Source: Acidobacteriota bacterium (lineage in GTDB: Bacteria > Acidobacteriota > UBA6911 > RPQK01 > JAJDTT01). From it: 64,000 nucleotides of DNA. A model generated the notes under the pieces. It ran no database searches and was not told where the DNA came from. It was given only the letters and a program-made list of their open reading frames with translations. The stretch is from contig OZ253580.1 of NCBI GenBank assembly GCA_965263035.1, positions 2,496,001 to 2,560,000 on the forward strand. Direction: 5' to 3'. A program made the position numbers and the translations under genes. Positions 28,930 through 38,135 of the stretch are shown here, piece after piece. Positions within the stretch are counted from its first letter, which is position 1. Each line of letters starts with the position of its first letter.

Positions 28930-28955
28930 GCGACTTTTTCCTTCCAGGATCATCT
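28930..28955 (+). promoter_or_regulatory. Putative autoregulatory ECF promoter
   Basis: GCGACTTT-N12-TCATCT, ~90 nt upstream of the ECF sigma gene. Confidence 0.6.
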
Positions 28956-29047
28956 CCTAAATTGATTGGGAGAGAGGAGGGCTGGTAGCTTTGGCATGGT
29001 CGGAGAGGCGGTTTGGGGCGGCCTGAATTCCGTTTTAGTCCGTACGT

Positions 29048-29638
29048 ATGCCAGGTGAAATCAGTCCGGATGAGTTGGCGGCGATCGTCAAGCGAGCCCA
29101 AGAGGGTTCCGCCGCTGACTTTTATGCGCTCTACGAGTTGTTCGTCAAGCGCATATACAATTTTATCTTAAGGCTGATCGGCTCCAAGGAAGATGCCGAA
29201 GACCTCACACAGGAAACCTTCCTCAAGGTTCACCGGGAACTCAAGAGGCTCCGCAACCGGAAACAGTTTCGCTACTGGCTCTATCGTATCGCCAGGAACG
29301 AGGTCTACCAGAAGCTTCGCCGCACTAAGAAGGTCAGCGAGATCTCTCTGGAGGGAGAGGACGGTCCGCTGGACTGGCTTCTGGCCGATGAAGGCATGGA
29401 GTTGCATCCGGAGCGGGCGTTTCTTTCTCATGAGCTCAATCAGGTCATTCTCAGTGCCTTGCAGTCGCTCACGCCCAAATATCGCGACGTGTTCGTGCTG
29501 GCCGTCTTCCAGAAGATGAAGTACGAAGAAATTTCCAGGATCGTGGGCCGGTCGCTCCTCTCGGTGAAGACCGACATCTACCGAGCCAGGTTGGTGGTGA
29601 AGGACCACGTGAAGACCTACATGGGGAGGAAGCAATGA
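29048..29638 (+). CDS. ECF RNA polymerase sigma factor
   Basis: DAEDLTQETFLKV, WLYRIARN, region 4 YEEISRIVG..VKTDIYRAR. Confidence 0.95.
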   Translation: MPGEISPDELAAIVKRAQEGSAADFYALYELFVKRIYNFILRLIGSKEDAEDLTQETFLKVHRELKRLRNRKQFRYWLYRIARNEVYQKLRRTKKVSEISLEGEDGPLDWLLADEGMELHPERAFLSHELNQVILSALQSLTPKYRDVFVLAVFQKMKYEEISRIVGRSLLSVKTDIYRARLVVKDHVKTYMGRKQ

Positions 29639-30135
29639 GCCGCTCCTGCCGAGGTTTTCTGCTTTCGATTTCGGCGCTGGCCGACGACAACCTGGATGCG
29701 GCATCGGCGCCGGCGGTGAGAGCACACTTGGCCGAATGCCCCGACTGCGCTCGCGTCTACCAAGAGCAGCGAGAGTTGTCGGACTGGCTCAGGGCGGGGT
29801 CGCCGGATCTGGAGCCGGCTCCCGAGATCTGGACTCGGATCGAGTCGAGGTTGGAGCTTCCCCGGCGTTCGCTTTGGCAGCAGTTGGGATCGGGATTGGC
29901 GGCGGTGCTCCGTTTTCCCGAGCTTCGGTACGTGGCGGCCAGCCTGCTCCTGCTGGCAATTCTCTCCGGCGGGTTCATGGGACGGGTCCAGGAGGCGCAG
30001 CCGGTGCCTCGAGTCTACGCCAAGGCGGAGAACCCCTTCCTGGTGGCATTGAAACAGGAGACCTTCCCTTCTTCCCTCGCCCGGCGGGCTGCGGAGGGGG
30101 AGAATCCTTTTGAAATGATCAGAGGTGAGCGATGA
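29635..30135 (+). CDS. Zinc-finger (zf-HC2) anti-sigma factor
   Basis: HLAECPDC, TM segment, ATGA coupling. Confidence 0.9.
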   Translation: MSRSCRGFLLSISALADDNLDAASAPAVRAHLAECPDCARVYQEQRELSDWLRAGSPDLEPAPEIWTRIESRLELPRRSLWQQLGSGLAAVLRFPELRYVAASLLLLAILSGGFMGRVQEAQPVPRVYAKAENPFLVALKQETFPSSLARRAAEGENPFEMIRGER

Positions 30136-30578
30136 GGACTCCGGTCCGGTTTGCCGTATTTCTGGTGGTCGTTTGGTGGGCGCTGGTTTGGGGAGCGTTC
30201 GCGGCGGAGACGGACGCGGCGGAAAACGCCAAACTGGCGGCGGCCGCGACTCATTACGAGGTCGTCCAGCTCAAGATCGAGTCGGGCGAGTTCGACGCGG
30301 TCCTGCCCGAGATCCAGAAGATCCTGGACTTGGACTTCGGTGCGGCGAATGAAGGGGTCCTGACGCTTTCCGTGCTGAACCTGGGCGAGCAGTTGCTGAA
30401 TGCGGATCAGCATGAGCTGGCCCGGCAGGCGGTGGACGCGAGCTTGAAGGCCGTCGACCAGCCGCACAACCAGTTCATGCTGCTCATGTTCAAGGCCCGG
30501 GTCTTCAGAGACGAGGGTGAGACCGACGCCGCCCTCGAAACCTACCGCTCCGCCCAGCAACTGGTCCAGCAGTTCTAG
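30132..30578 (+). CDS. Secreted TPR-like protein
   Basis: Signal peptide ..AFA; helical TPR-like KARVFRDEGETDAALETY; ATGA coupling. Confidence 0.75.
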   Translation: MRTPVRFAVFLVVVWWALVWGAFAAETDAAENAKLAAAATHYEVVQLKIESGEFDAVLPEIQKILDLDFGAANEGVLTLSVLNLGEQLLNADQHELARQAVDASLKAVDQPHNQFMLLMFKARVFRDEGETDAALETYRSAQQLVQQF

Positions 30579-30738
30579 GAGCCTGCGCCGCAGAAATTGA
30601 GCTACTGCGAAAGCGGTAGAATCGGTCCATATTTCCCCGATTTCTCGGCGAATAGAACAACTATGCACCTCCAAATCGAGAAAATCCGGCCTCGATTCCC
30701 CACTTTCTCGCTACGATCATTTCTACCGCGCAGACTCC
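30578..30738 (+). mobile_element. 161-bp MITE, copy 2
   Basis: Same TIRs, TA flanks; lies between the upstream TAG and the downstream ATG. Confidence 0.9.
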
Positions 30739-30739
30739 T

Positions 30740-30931
30740 ATGACCGCTGAACTGATCGTAACCATCGCTGTTGCGACAATTCTGTTCATCGTACAAATCG
30801 GACTGTGGCGCACGTTTCGATCCGAGATGGGTGAGTTGAGAGGAGAGGTCAAAGATCTGCGGTACCACGTTGCCCGCATTGAGAACGTATTGTTCGATGA
30901 CGCCGGTCCCGGCCCCAATCCTCGTGATTGA
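30740..30931 (+). CDS. Small TM + coiled-coil protein (63 aa)
   Basis: MTAELIVTIAVATILF..LRGEVKDLRYHVARIE; same architecture as 470..661. Confidence 0.65.
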   Translation: MTAELIVTIAVATILFIVQIGLWRTFRSEMGELRGEVKDLRYHVARIENVLFDDAGPGPNPRD

Positions 30932-31222
30932 GAGGGGACACGAATAAGACGGAACCAAGATTCACCGATTCCTGATGGCTAAGTCTTTGCCGCGACAGTC
31001 ATCAAATCGGACTTTCACCAAGACCCTGTGCGAGCCCGTGAGAAGCCCCGGGATCGATAGTCAGTAGGACTCACTTTTCAGGAGTACAAGCAGCCTTGGT
31101 TCGGAAGCGGCGAGCATTCCCTCCCGCGTACCCAGTTGCTTGGGAAATCTTGACCACCCGGTTGAAAAAGACTCAAGGTCAGCGGCCACCGAGTCCCAAC
31201 GAAGTGACCCCCTACATTCATA

Positions 31223-31262
31223 GGAGCCTGCGCCGCAGAAATTGATCCACCGCGCAGACTCC
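31223..31262 (+). mobile_element. 40-bp internally deleted MITE derivative
   Basis: ta-GGAGCCTGCGCCGCAGAAATTGATCCACCGCGCAGACTCC-ta. Confidence 0.85.
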
Positions 31263-31317
31263 TAGATACGACTTCCCCGTCTAAATTGATCCAAGACACT
31301 ATACGACAGGCAGATAC

Positions 31318-31453
31318 GCTGAGTCGCCAATGGCGTCGGAGTGCTTCAATCCAATCCGTTGCCTCCTTGAACCGCTCAGACTGCTTCCGACTGGAGCGGC
31401 AGTTGGCGGGTAAGTTTCGCAACCGCTGGGTGACAGTGCCTTTCCTCAGTTCG
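31318..31453 (-). mobile_element. Second, more decayed group II intron 5' remnant
   Basis: Aligns to 17158-17305 (gagtcgcc..tcggagtgcttca..cgttgcctcc.tgaaccgctc.gactgct.cc..ctggagcg.cagttg); followed by tgagaaa exon. Confidence 0.65.
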
Positions 31454-31554
31454 TGAGAAATTCCAGCCCAGCTTGGCCTGCTGACGCGTTCCCGGTCTCG
31501 GTAGCCCGCGGGACTTCCATCACGACCTGCAGCAATTCCTCCACTCAACTTCTA

Positions 31555-34131
31555 CTATTCCCCATGGGGCCTTGGCCAGATCTGAAAATGCCAATTCGCC
31601 GGGTCGCCGGGCTTGGGATAGTTGGACTCGGACACCCTTCCGTCCTGGGAGAGGATGAAGACCCGGATCTGCGAGTCTCCGGGCTCGGCGAAATCGCTCA
31701 GGGAGAATTCGAACAGGTAGCCGCTGTTGTCGATCTCCGAGCTGCCGTACGTCTTGACGACGTCGCTCCGGTATCGTCCGGTGCGCCCCGCGTACAGGAA
31801 TTCTCCGTCCCGAAACAACACGATGGCTCGAGGCAGGACGAGGTTCTCCACGTCGGCGCCCCAGCCGCCGATGAAGATCCGGCTCCGGTCCGGACTCAGA
31901 CGAGAGACGACCCATCCGGCGACCCCGCGGTCGCCGATGGGGACCTTCCTTCCCTCCGGCGTTACCAGAAGGGATTCCCCTCCGGCCGCATCCAGCCGGT
32001 AAGTCGCGGGAGCGGGGATTTCCACGGGCAAAAGGGCGACGGACGATCCGGTGCTGCTCGTTTCGTAGATTCGGATTCGGTTGCTTCCGTCCCGGAAGGA
32101 GGTCTCCGGAACCAGGGCCGAGAAGACGGTGTCTCCGTCCAGGTGGGAGGTTCGGGTCACGGCCCGGACGGTGCCGTTGACGCCGATGGCCAGGGTCCGA
32201 CCGATCCGGGAGTCCTGATTTTCGAGTACCCTTCCCGAGATTCGGGACAACAGGAAGGAGGATTCGAGATCGACCTGCTCGAAGAGGTGGCCGCCGTCGA
32301 TCTCCACCGTCAGGTCCGATTTGCCTCGGACCCAGGCGTCCGTCCGCTCCCCCACCAGTTCGGCGTGGGGTCCGATGCGATAGAGTTTCTGCTCCGAAAG
32401 CTCCCCGTCCGTGGCTCCGAAGAGTTCCAGCTTCCGGTCCAGACTCTTCCAGCGGGCCTCCAGGCGGGGATCGAAGGAGAACCGGACCCCATCGTCGTTG
32501 TAGACGATCTTCTCAGGCCGCTCCGGCGCCGCTGCGGTCAGGGCCGACTGCCCTTCCAGCGGCCAGTCCGTCTCGATGCCCAGCATCTCCACCAGGGTGG
32601 GAAGGATGTCCATGCTCTCCACGTTGCGGTCGCTGAGGACTCCTTCCTTCTGCCCCGGCGCCTTGATGATCAGCGGGACGGAAATGATGTCCATGTAGTT
32701 GGTGCCGGTCACTCGACGGCGCGAGTCGCCGGGGCGAAAGCTGGCTCCGTGGTCGGCGGTCAGCACCAGGAGTGTGGAGTCGTAGAGACCCTCCTTACGG
32801 AGTCTCCGAACCAGTCCTCCGACCAGACAATCCAGAAACATCACCTGCAGGAGATGGCGCTGGTAGGACTGGGCCACCAGCCAGGGGTCCTCCAGCCATT
32901 GGTTCACGTCCAGACCCTGGCTGTTGGGCCCCACCACTCCGGCCACGCCCGGCCGCTCCGAGAGGGTGTACAACTTGCCCGAGGGAAGATATTTCCAACT
33001 GGCGTGGGGAAGCATGGTGTGCAGGAAATAGAGGGCCGGGGATCCGTTGCCGCGAATGGAGTCGACGAAGTCCCGAAAACGGTCGGGCCGTCGGGACCAG
33101 TCGACGCGGAAGTCCCTCCAGGCGCGGCGAATCTGACCCGGAGCGCCGGGGTTCAGGAATTGGTTCCAGGTCTGGGTCACCGGCGGAAGCCATCGCGACG
33201 CCCAGGCCGGCGGGAGCAGGAGGTGGAGATAGGCGACGGACAGGTCCTCGGCCAGCAGCCGGACGCGGGGGCCGAAGGGTGCGGGGGTTCTCCGAGGATT
33301 CAGCCCGGTGACGTGCTCCCGAATCCTCAAGTCGTGGGAACCGGAGAGGAGGGAGAAGAGGTTCCTGGGGTACTCGCGAAACAGGGGGAGGGGAAAAGGG
33401 CGCTGCCGGGGGAGGGTGCCCGACAAGATCACGGGAATCGACAACAGGGTGCTCTCGTTGTTGGTGGTCGCGTTTCGGAACCAGTAGGCGTTCGCCGTCA
33501 GCTCAGCCAGGTTGGGGAAGAGATTCGAGTCGATCTCCCGGCGGCCATTGAGCAGGGAGACGAGCGGGAACTCGTCGAAGATCACCATGACGACGGGCGA
33601 CTTGGCGCCGGTCTGAATCGTCACCTCGGAAGCCGGGCCGGGAAGGATCAGCTTCCGGATCTCCGAATCCACGAGGAAGAGGAGGGGAAACAGGATCACT
33701 GCCGGGATCAGGTAGGAGAGATAAGTCCGGATCACCGAAAACCGGCAGTACGCAAACAGGAAACCGGCCCCGGAAAGCAGCGACAGGGCCAATGCGGCCT
33801 CTGCGGGAGCCGGCAGTTTCCGGAGTCCCTGGAGTGCGAGCCCGGCGGTCAGGAGGCCCAGCAGACCCAAGTAGATCCCGGCGCCCAACTGCGGATGGAC
33901 TCTGGCCAGCCCCCTGACCACCAACGCCGCCGCTCCCGGCAACAGGAGGGACAGCGCCAGGGTCAGCAGGAGAATGTCCACCCCTTCGCTCTGGTGGGCG
34001 GGGAGGAACTCGGGGTGGCGAGTCAGGAGGTCGTAGATGGGCTGTGCCGCAGTGAAGGCCGACAGGACCAGAAGGTGGATGATCCGGATTTGGATCCCGG
34101 CGGCTGGTTTGCTTCGACTCCGGTCGTTCAT
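31555..34131 (-). CDS. Multi-TM sulfatase-like hydrolase/transferase (alkaline phosphatase superfamily)
   Basis: About five N-terminal TMs; VVMVIFDE, FLHTMLPH, VLTADHG, VPLIIK, MDILPT. Confidence 0.88.
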   Translation of the reverse strand: MNDRSRSKPAAGIQIRIIHLLVLSAFTAAQPIYDLLTRHPEFLPAHQSEGVDILLLTLALSLLLPGAAALVVRGLARVHPQLGAGIYLGLLGLLTAGLALQGLRKLPAPAEAALALSLLSGAGFLFAYCRFSVIRTYLSYLIPAVILFPLLFLVDSEIRKLILPGPASEVTIQTGAKSPVVMVIFDEFPLVSLLNGRREIDSNLFPNLAELTANAYWFRNATTNNESTLLSIPVILSGTLPRQRPFPLPLFREYPRNLFSLLSGSHDLRIREHVTGLNPRRTPAPFGPRVRLLAEDLSVAYLHLLLPPAWASRWLPPVTQTWNQFLNPGAPGQIRRAWRDFRVDWSRRPDRFRDFVDSIRGNGSPALYFLHTMLPHASWKYLPSGKLYTLSERPGVAGVVGPNSQGLDVNQWLEDPWLVAQSYQRHLLQVMFLDCLVGGLVRRLRKEGLYDSTLLVLTADHGASFRPGDSRRRVTGTNYMDIISVPLIIKAPGQKEGVLSDRNVESMDILPTLVEMLGIETDWPLEGQSALTAAAPERPEKIVYNDDGVRFSFDPRLEARWKSLDRKLELFGATDGELSEQKLYRIGPHAELVGERTDAWVRGKSDLTVEIDGGHLFEQVDLESSFLLSRISGRVLENQDSRIGRTLAIGVNGTVRAVTRTSHLDGDTVFSALVPETSFRDGSNRIRIYETSSTGSSVALLPVEIPAPATYRLDAAGGESLLVTPEGRKVPIGDRGVAGWVVSRLSPDRSRIFIGGWGADVENLVLPRAIVLFRDGEFLYAGRTGRYRSDVVKTYGSSEIDNSGYLFEFSLSDFAEPGDSQIRVFILSQDGRVSESNYPKPGDPANWHFQIWPRPHGE

Positions 34132-34447
34132 CTGAAGCGGCGCTCAGCGGGGTTCCTTTGGGGAACTCCTCACAGCGACGACATTCCAACAGAAGGGGAA
34201 GAACACGGGCAGAAAGAAGAAAGAGAGCTGTCGTAGGGCGCACTTCTTTAGAGTAAGGGTCAATTTTCGCTCTACGACGTCACATGCTCCGAGCTCGACC
34301 AGGAAACCGGAAAGATGTCCCAACACTTCCACTCTCAATCCTCGTTCCTCATCAGACCCGTACTGTGGTCACTGCCATCCGGCAATGGCGATCGTGGAAC
34401 GATCCCAGCTCTCGTCGGCATCCTTACAAAAGATGGGTCAATGAGCC

Positions 34448-34829
34448 TTAAACTTGGGGTTTCGGGGACCGTCTTTTCGCTGTCTGGTCAGTATGCTCCA
34501 TGGAACGGGCGGGTTTGGCTGCGGAGCCGAGACGAATTCCAAAGACCGAAATGATCCGCTGCCAGAGGATTTTCCCCAATACGGCGGCTCCTGCGATCCC
34601 TCCTAGCAAGAGTTGAAGAAAAAGACTTCCCGATCCGGGGTCCAGGTAGGCTTGGAGCCTGCGCCGCAGAAATTGAGCTACTGCGAAAGCGGTAGAATCG
34701 GTCCATATTTCCCCGATTTCTCGGCGAATAGAACAACTATGCACCTCCATATCGAGAAAATCCGGCCTCGATTCCCCACTTTCTCGCTACGATCATTTCT
34801 ACCGCGCAGACTCCTAGAGGTATCCACAT
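34448..34829 (-). pseudogene. Small YLDPGSGS-motif membrane protein interrupted by a MITE
   Basis: Removing 34654..34814 plus 2 nt restores MWIPLAYLDPGSGSLFLQLLLGGIAGAAV... Confidence 0.8.
34654..34814 (+). mobile_element. 161-bp MITE, copy 3
   Basis: Same TIRs; reconstructed target is CTAG. Confidence 0.9.
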
Positions 34830-35028
34830 TCTGATCTTGCCGCGAGAAAAAAACCTCCCGATGTTTTCCGAAAAATACCAGTTTGAGCGATATTAACACA
34901 GTTTTTTGGGGCTGAATGGAAGCCGGAAAGATACGCCGAGTTGGTGACGGCGAGACGAAATGGAACCGCTCCAGAACAGGATGTTCGGGGCGAATCAGGG
35001 TCGAGCAGTTCGGTCTTTGCGATATTGA

Positions 35029-36486
35029 TTAATCATACTCTCCGAATGTGTTCTGTCTGAAAACCACCAAACGCTTCGACCCGCCCTTCTTCAAACTGCC
35101 CAAAAGGAGCCAGAGCACCAAATACAGATAACGGGGAAAGAAGAGGAGCGCCTTCAGTATCTTTCTAAGAATCCGTCGCGGAAGATAGTCCGTCGACAAA
35201 GACGGCGTTCTCAAAAGATTGAGCAGGCCACGTGGGGTCCGTCTCAGATACCAACAGCCCCGATGCTCGTTGAAGACCAGGCGAGCCCGAGCCGGGAGCA
35301 GAAGAAACATCAGCTTGTGGAGCCGGAATATGGGGCGGCCCGAAAAGATCGCCGCCAAGACATCTACTCTCATCCTGGCCAGTTTCAATATCGTCCGCAG
35401 GTTGGCCAGGGTCTGTCCGGATTCATAGGTGACTACTTCCGAGACTTCCGGCCAGGACTCATAGAGCGTCTTTTTCGTCTTCGGACCGAACACTCGAATC
35501 CGGCCGGGACCTACTATCTTCCGATCCTGGAGTCGTCCCAGAACCTCCGTGGCGTATGAGTCCGCCTCGGTGGGTAGGAACAGAATCGTCGACTCCCCCC
35601 TAGAGAAACGCAAGGAGGGAGTCCGCCACAGATTGAGCAGTCCCTGCGGAGTCCGCCACAGATACCAACAGTCCCCATGCTCGTTGAAGACCAAGCGAGA
35701 TCGAGCCGGGAGCAGAAGAAACATCAGCTTGTGGAGCCGGGAAACGGGCCGACCGGAAAAGATCGCCGCTATGACATCCACTCTCATCCTGGCCAACCTC
35801 AATATCGTCCGCAGGTTGGCCAGGGTCTGTCCGGATTCATAGGTCACTACTTCCGAGACTTCCGGCCGGGACTCATAGAGTGTCTCTTTCGTTATTGAGC
35901 AGAACACTCGAACTCGGCCGGGACCCACGATCTTCCGGTCCTGGAGTCGTCCCAGAACCTCCAGAGAAGCAGAGTCCGCCTCGGTGGGCAGATACAGGAT
36001 CGTTGACTCCTTTCCGGGAAGATCTTCCTCGTAGCGGCTTCTTCGTAGAATTGCCTGGAGGTTCGCAAATCTCAAATGGTAGGGCTTCATTCGCCCATCG
36101 AAGATCAACCGGCGCCGGACGGGAAGCAGGAAAAAGAGAAGTTTCTGTTTTCTGAAGATAGGGCGACGGTTGAGGATCGCACAAATCAGATCCGGACTGA
36201 ATTCGGAAATTCGCCGCCAGAGATCCAGGAACCGGTAGTTCCCCCGCCGCGGAAATGCCATAAGCTCGACATCCGGCAGATCCTCGAAGGACTCGTAATC
36301 CTCCTGACGGCACACCAAGGCCAACTTGCACCCCGGATACAAGCCGGAATTCCTCAGTTTCTCCACGGCAGCACGTACAAGAAGCGGATGCTCGGTCTGA
36401 AGTACCAAGCACCGCGTGACGGCCCCCGTGGAATCGACTCGGCGCACTGCTCGCCGGGGGTGCACGCTCGGGGGATGGTCAGCCAT
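35029..36486 (-). CDS. Hypothetical protein of three Rossmann-like repeats (glycosyltransferase-9-like N-domain?) with C-terminal TM
   Basis: Three L.TE...L..L..F...D..AI...RP.FR..KL.F.LLP...RL.F units; the last two are a 414-bp tandem duplication. Confidence 0.75.
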   Translation of the reverse strand: MADHPPSVHPRRAVRRVDSTGAVTRCLVLQTEHPLLVRAAVEKLRNSGLYPGCKLALVCRQEDYESFEDLPDVELMAFPRRGNYRFLDLWRRISEFSPDLICAILNRRPIFRKQKLLFFLLPVRRRLIFDGRMKPYHLRFANLQAILRRSRYEEDLPGKESTILYLPTEADSASLEVLGRLQDRKIVGPGRVRVFCSITKETLYESRPEVSEVVTYESGQTLANLRTILRLARMRVDVIAAIFSGRPVSRLHKLMFLLLPARSRLVFNEHGDCWYLWRTPQGLLNLWRTPSLRFSRGESTILFLPTEADSYATEVLGRLQDRKIVGPGRIRVFGPKTKKTLYESWPEVSEVVTYESGQTLANLRTILKLARMRVDVLAAIFSGRPIFRLHKLMFLLLPARARLVFNEHRGCWYLRRTPRGLLNLLRTPSLSTDYLPRRILRKILKALLFFPRYLYLVLWLLLGSLKKGGSKRLVVFRQNTFGEYD

Positions 36487-36681
36487 GGTTCAAAAAAGTA
36501 GGCAATCCTGCAATCTATTGTGCTGAAACATCACGTCATCAACATTGATGTAGAGATGAGTGGACACGCGAACTGCCGGGAACCTCGTCAAACCAGGTTT
36601 CCGCGCCGGCAGAGACGACGAATAATGGACGTCGCCCGGCGGGGCGAAAAAGCAGACACTACTGGCGCTGTCCGGACCGTA

Positions 36682-36842
36682 GGAGCCTGCGCGGCAGAAA
36701 TTGATCTACTGCGAAAGCGGTAGATTCGGTCCATATTTCCCCGATTTCTCGGCGAATAGAACAACTATGCACCTCCAAATCGAGAAAATCTGGCCTCGAT
36801 TCCCCACTTTCTCGCTACGATCATTCCTACCGCGCAGACTCC
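36682..36842 (+). mobile_element. 161-bp MITE, copy 4
   Basis: Same TIRs, TA flanks. Confidence 0.9.
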
Positions 36843-37164
36843 TAGTCCCAAGAACGACACGTAAAGGGCACCAGTACATATGGTGTTGGGCGACAATACT
36901 CGCAGTGGAAGGATTGAATAAGTCTTCGCTCTGCAGGCTGGTTATTTTCTCATCCTACATTTGAGAATGCGAAAGAACGGGTCGCGGAGAGCGTACCAGA
37001 CAGAAGTCGAGGCTTCACGCTTGCGGGTCGAGTCGGGACAATCCTCCCCGAACCCATTCGTTGCCACAGTCTTCGCAGACGAGGGCGAACCCCCGATCGC
37101 CCGTTCTCTTCTTGCCCTTCGCTAGCTTCGGAGTTCGGGGGCTGGAGAGCCCCCACTCTCAGCC

Positions 37165-38133
37165 TTACTCGCCCGATTTTCCGTATTTATTGAAGTGATC
37201 GTCCATCTGTGAGCGGGTGAGATGTCCCTTGTAGATCAGGATCCGGTAGAGAAAAAGGGTCGATTCGCCGGGGGCCAGGGAGAAGTTCAGGGGCGGGGCG
37301 CCTTTTTCGAAGTCAGCCCGGCCGAAGGGGTTGGCGGCGAACAGGCCGTAGGCGCGGGCGTGCCAGTAGGTAGGATACCGGACGCTACGGGGATGGTTCA
37401 TGATGGCCAGGGTCAGATCCTCGCCCTCGACCGATCCCCGTAAAGCCACCCACGGAGATCGTTTGCCCCAAACGTTCTCCGCCAGCTCGAGACCTTCGGC
37501 GTTCAGGTAGCGGCCGGTCCGGTCCTCCCGTAGATCGGAGGCGACGCGGATGGCCATCATCCCCTCCTCGATATCGCCGAACGTGACCTTCTGCTCCTGG
37601 GCTGTCAGGGTGATCTTCAGGTCGAGGGTTCGCCAGTCCGCGCCGGCCCGGATGATCATCCGAGAGGTTTGCTTGAGCAGGACCTTGCCCGTGGGGGCGA
37701 TCCAGTCGGAGGCCGTTCCCAAGAAGCCCTTGTCCCCGGCCTCCATTCGGGTGAATCCGGTGTGCCGGATCCTTCCGCTTCCCGGGTTGTCCCCGCGAGG
37801 AGGAAACTTGGACCAGAAGTCCACGCCGTTGACGTTGCGGTAGGTGAAGAAGACGCCTTCGTGTTGCCAATGGTCGGTCTGTTCTCCGGGGATGCCGACC
37901 TCCATGGGGAATCCCCGGGTGACCCGGTGAGCCCCAGGGCTGAGCAGGGGATGGAAGATGGGTTTGTGCAGGCCGATGCCGTAGTGGTAGGAAGCGAAGA
38001 GTGCCTCCCCGGCGTAGATGTCCACCCGCGCCGCGTCGGTCTTGACGATGCGGATCCGGTGGGGAGATTCGGCTGAGGCGGCGGACGGAACGAGCCAGAC
38101 GAGCAGCAACGCGGCAGACGCGAAGCGCCTCAT
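37165..38133 (-). CDS. PmoA-like / DUF6807 secreted protein
   Basis: KPIFHPL, DHWQHEG, VNGVDFW, HPRSVRYPTYWHARAYGLFAANPFG. Confidence 0.85.
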   Translation of the reverse strand: MRRFASAALLLVWLVPSAASAESPHRIRIVKTDAARVDIYAGEALFASYHYGIGLHKPIFHPLLSPGAHRVTRGFPMEVGIPGEQTDHWQHEGVFFTYRNVNGVDFWSKFPPRGDNPGSGRIRHTGFTRMEAGDKGFLGTASDWIAPTGKVLLKQTSRMIIRAGADWRTLDLKITLTAQEQKVTFGDIEEGMMAIRVASDLREDRTGRYLNAEGLELAENVWGKRSPWVALRGSVEGEDLTLAIMNHPRSVRYPTYWHARAYGLFAANPFGRADFEKGAPPLNFSLAPGESTLFLYRILIYKGHLTRSQMDDHFNKYGKSGE

Positions 38134-38135
38134 TT

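Noticed and set aside
31453-34236. 927-aa plus-strand ORF
   Set aside because: Antisense shadow of the sulfatase-like gene; typical high-GC artefact with no motifs.
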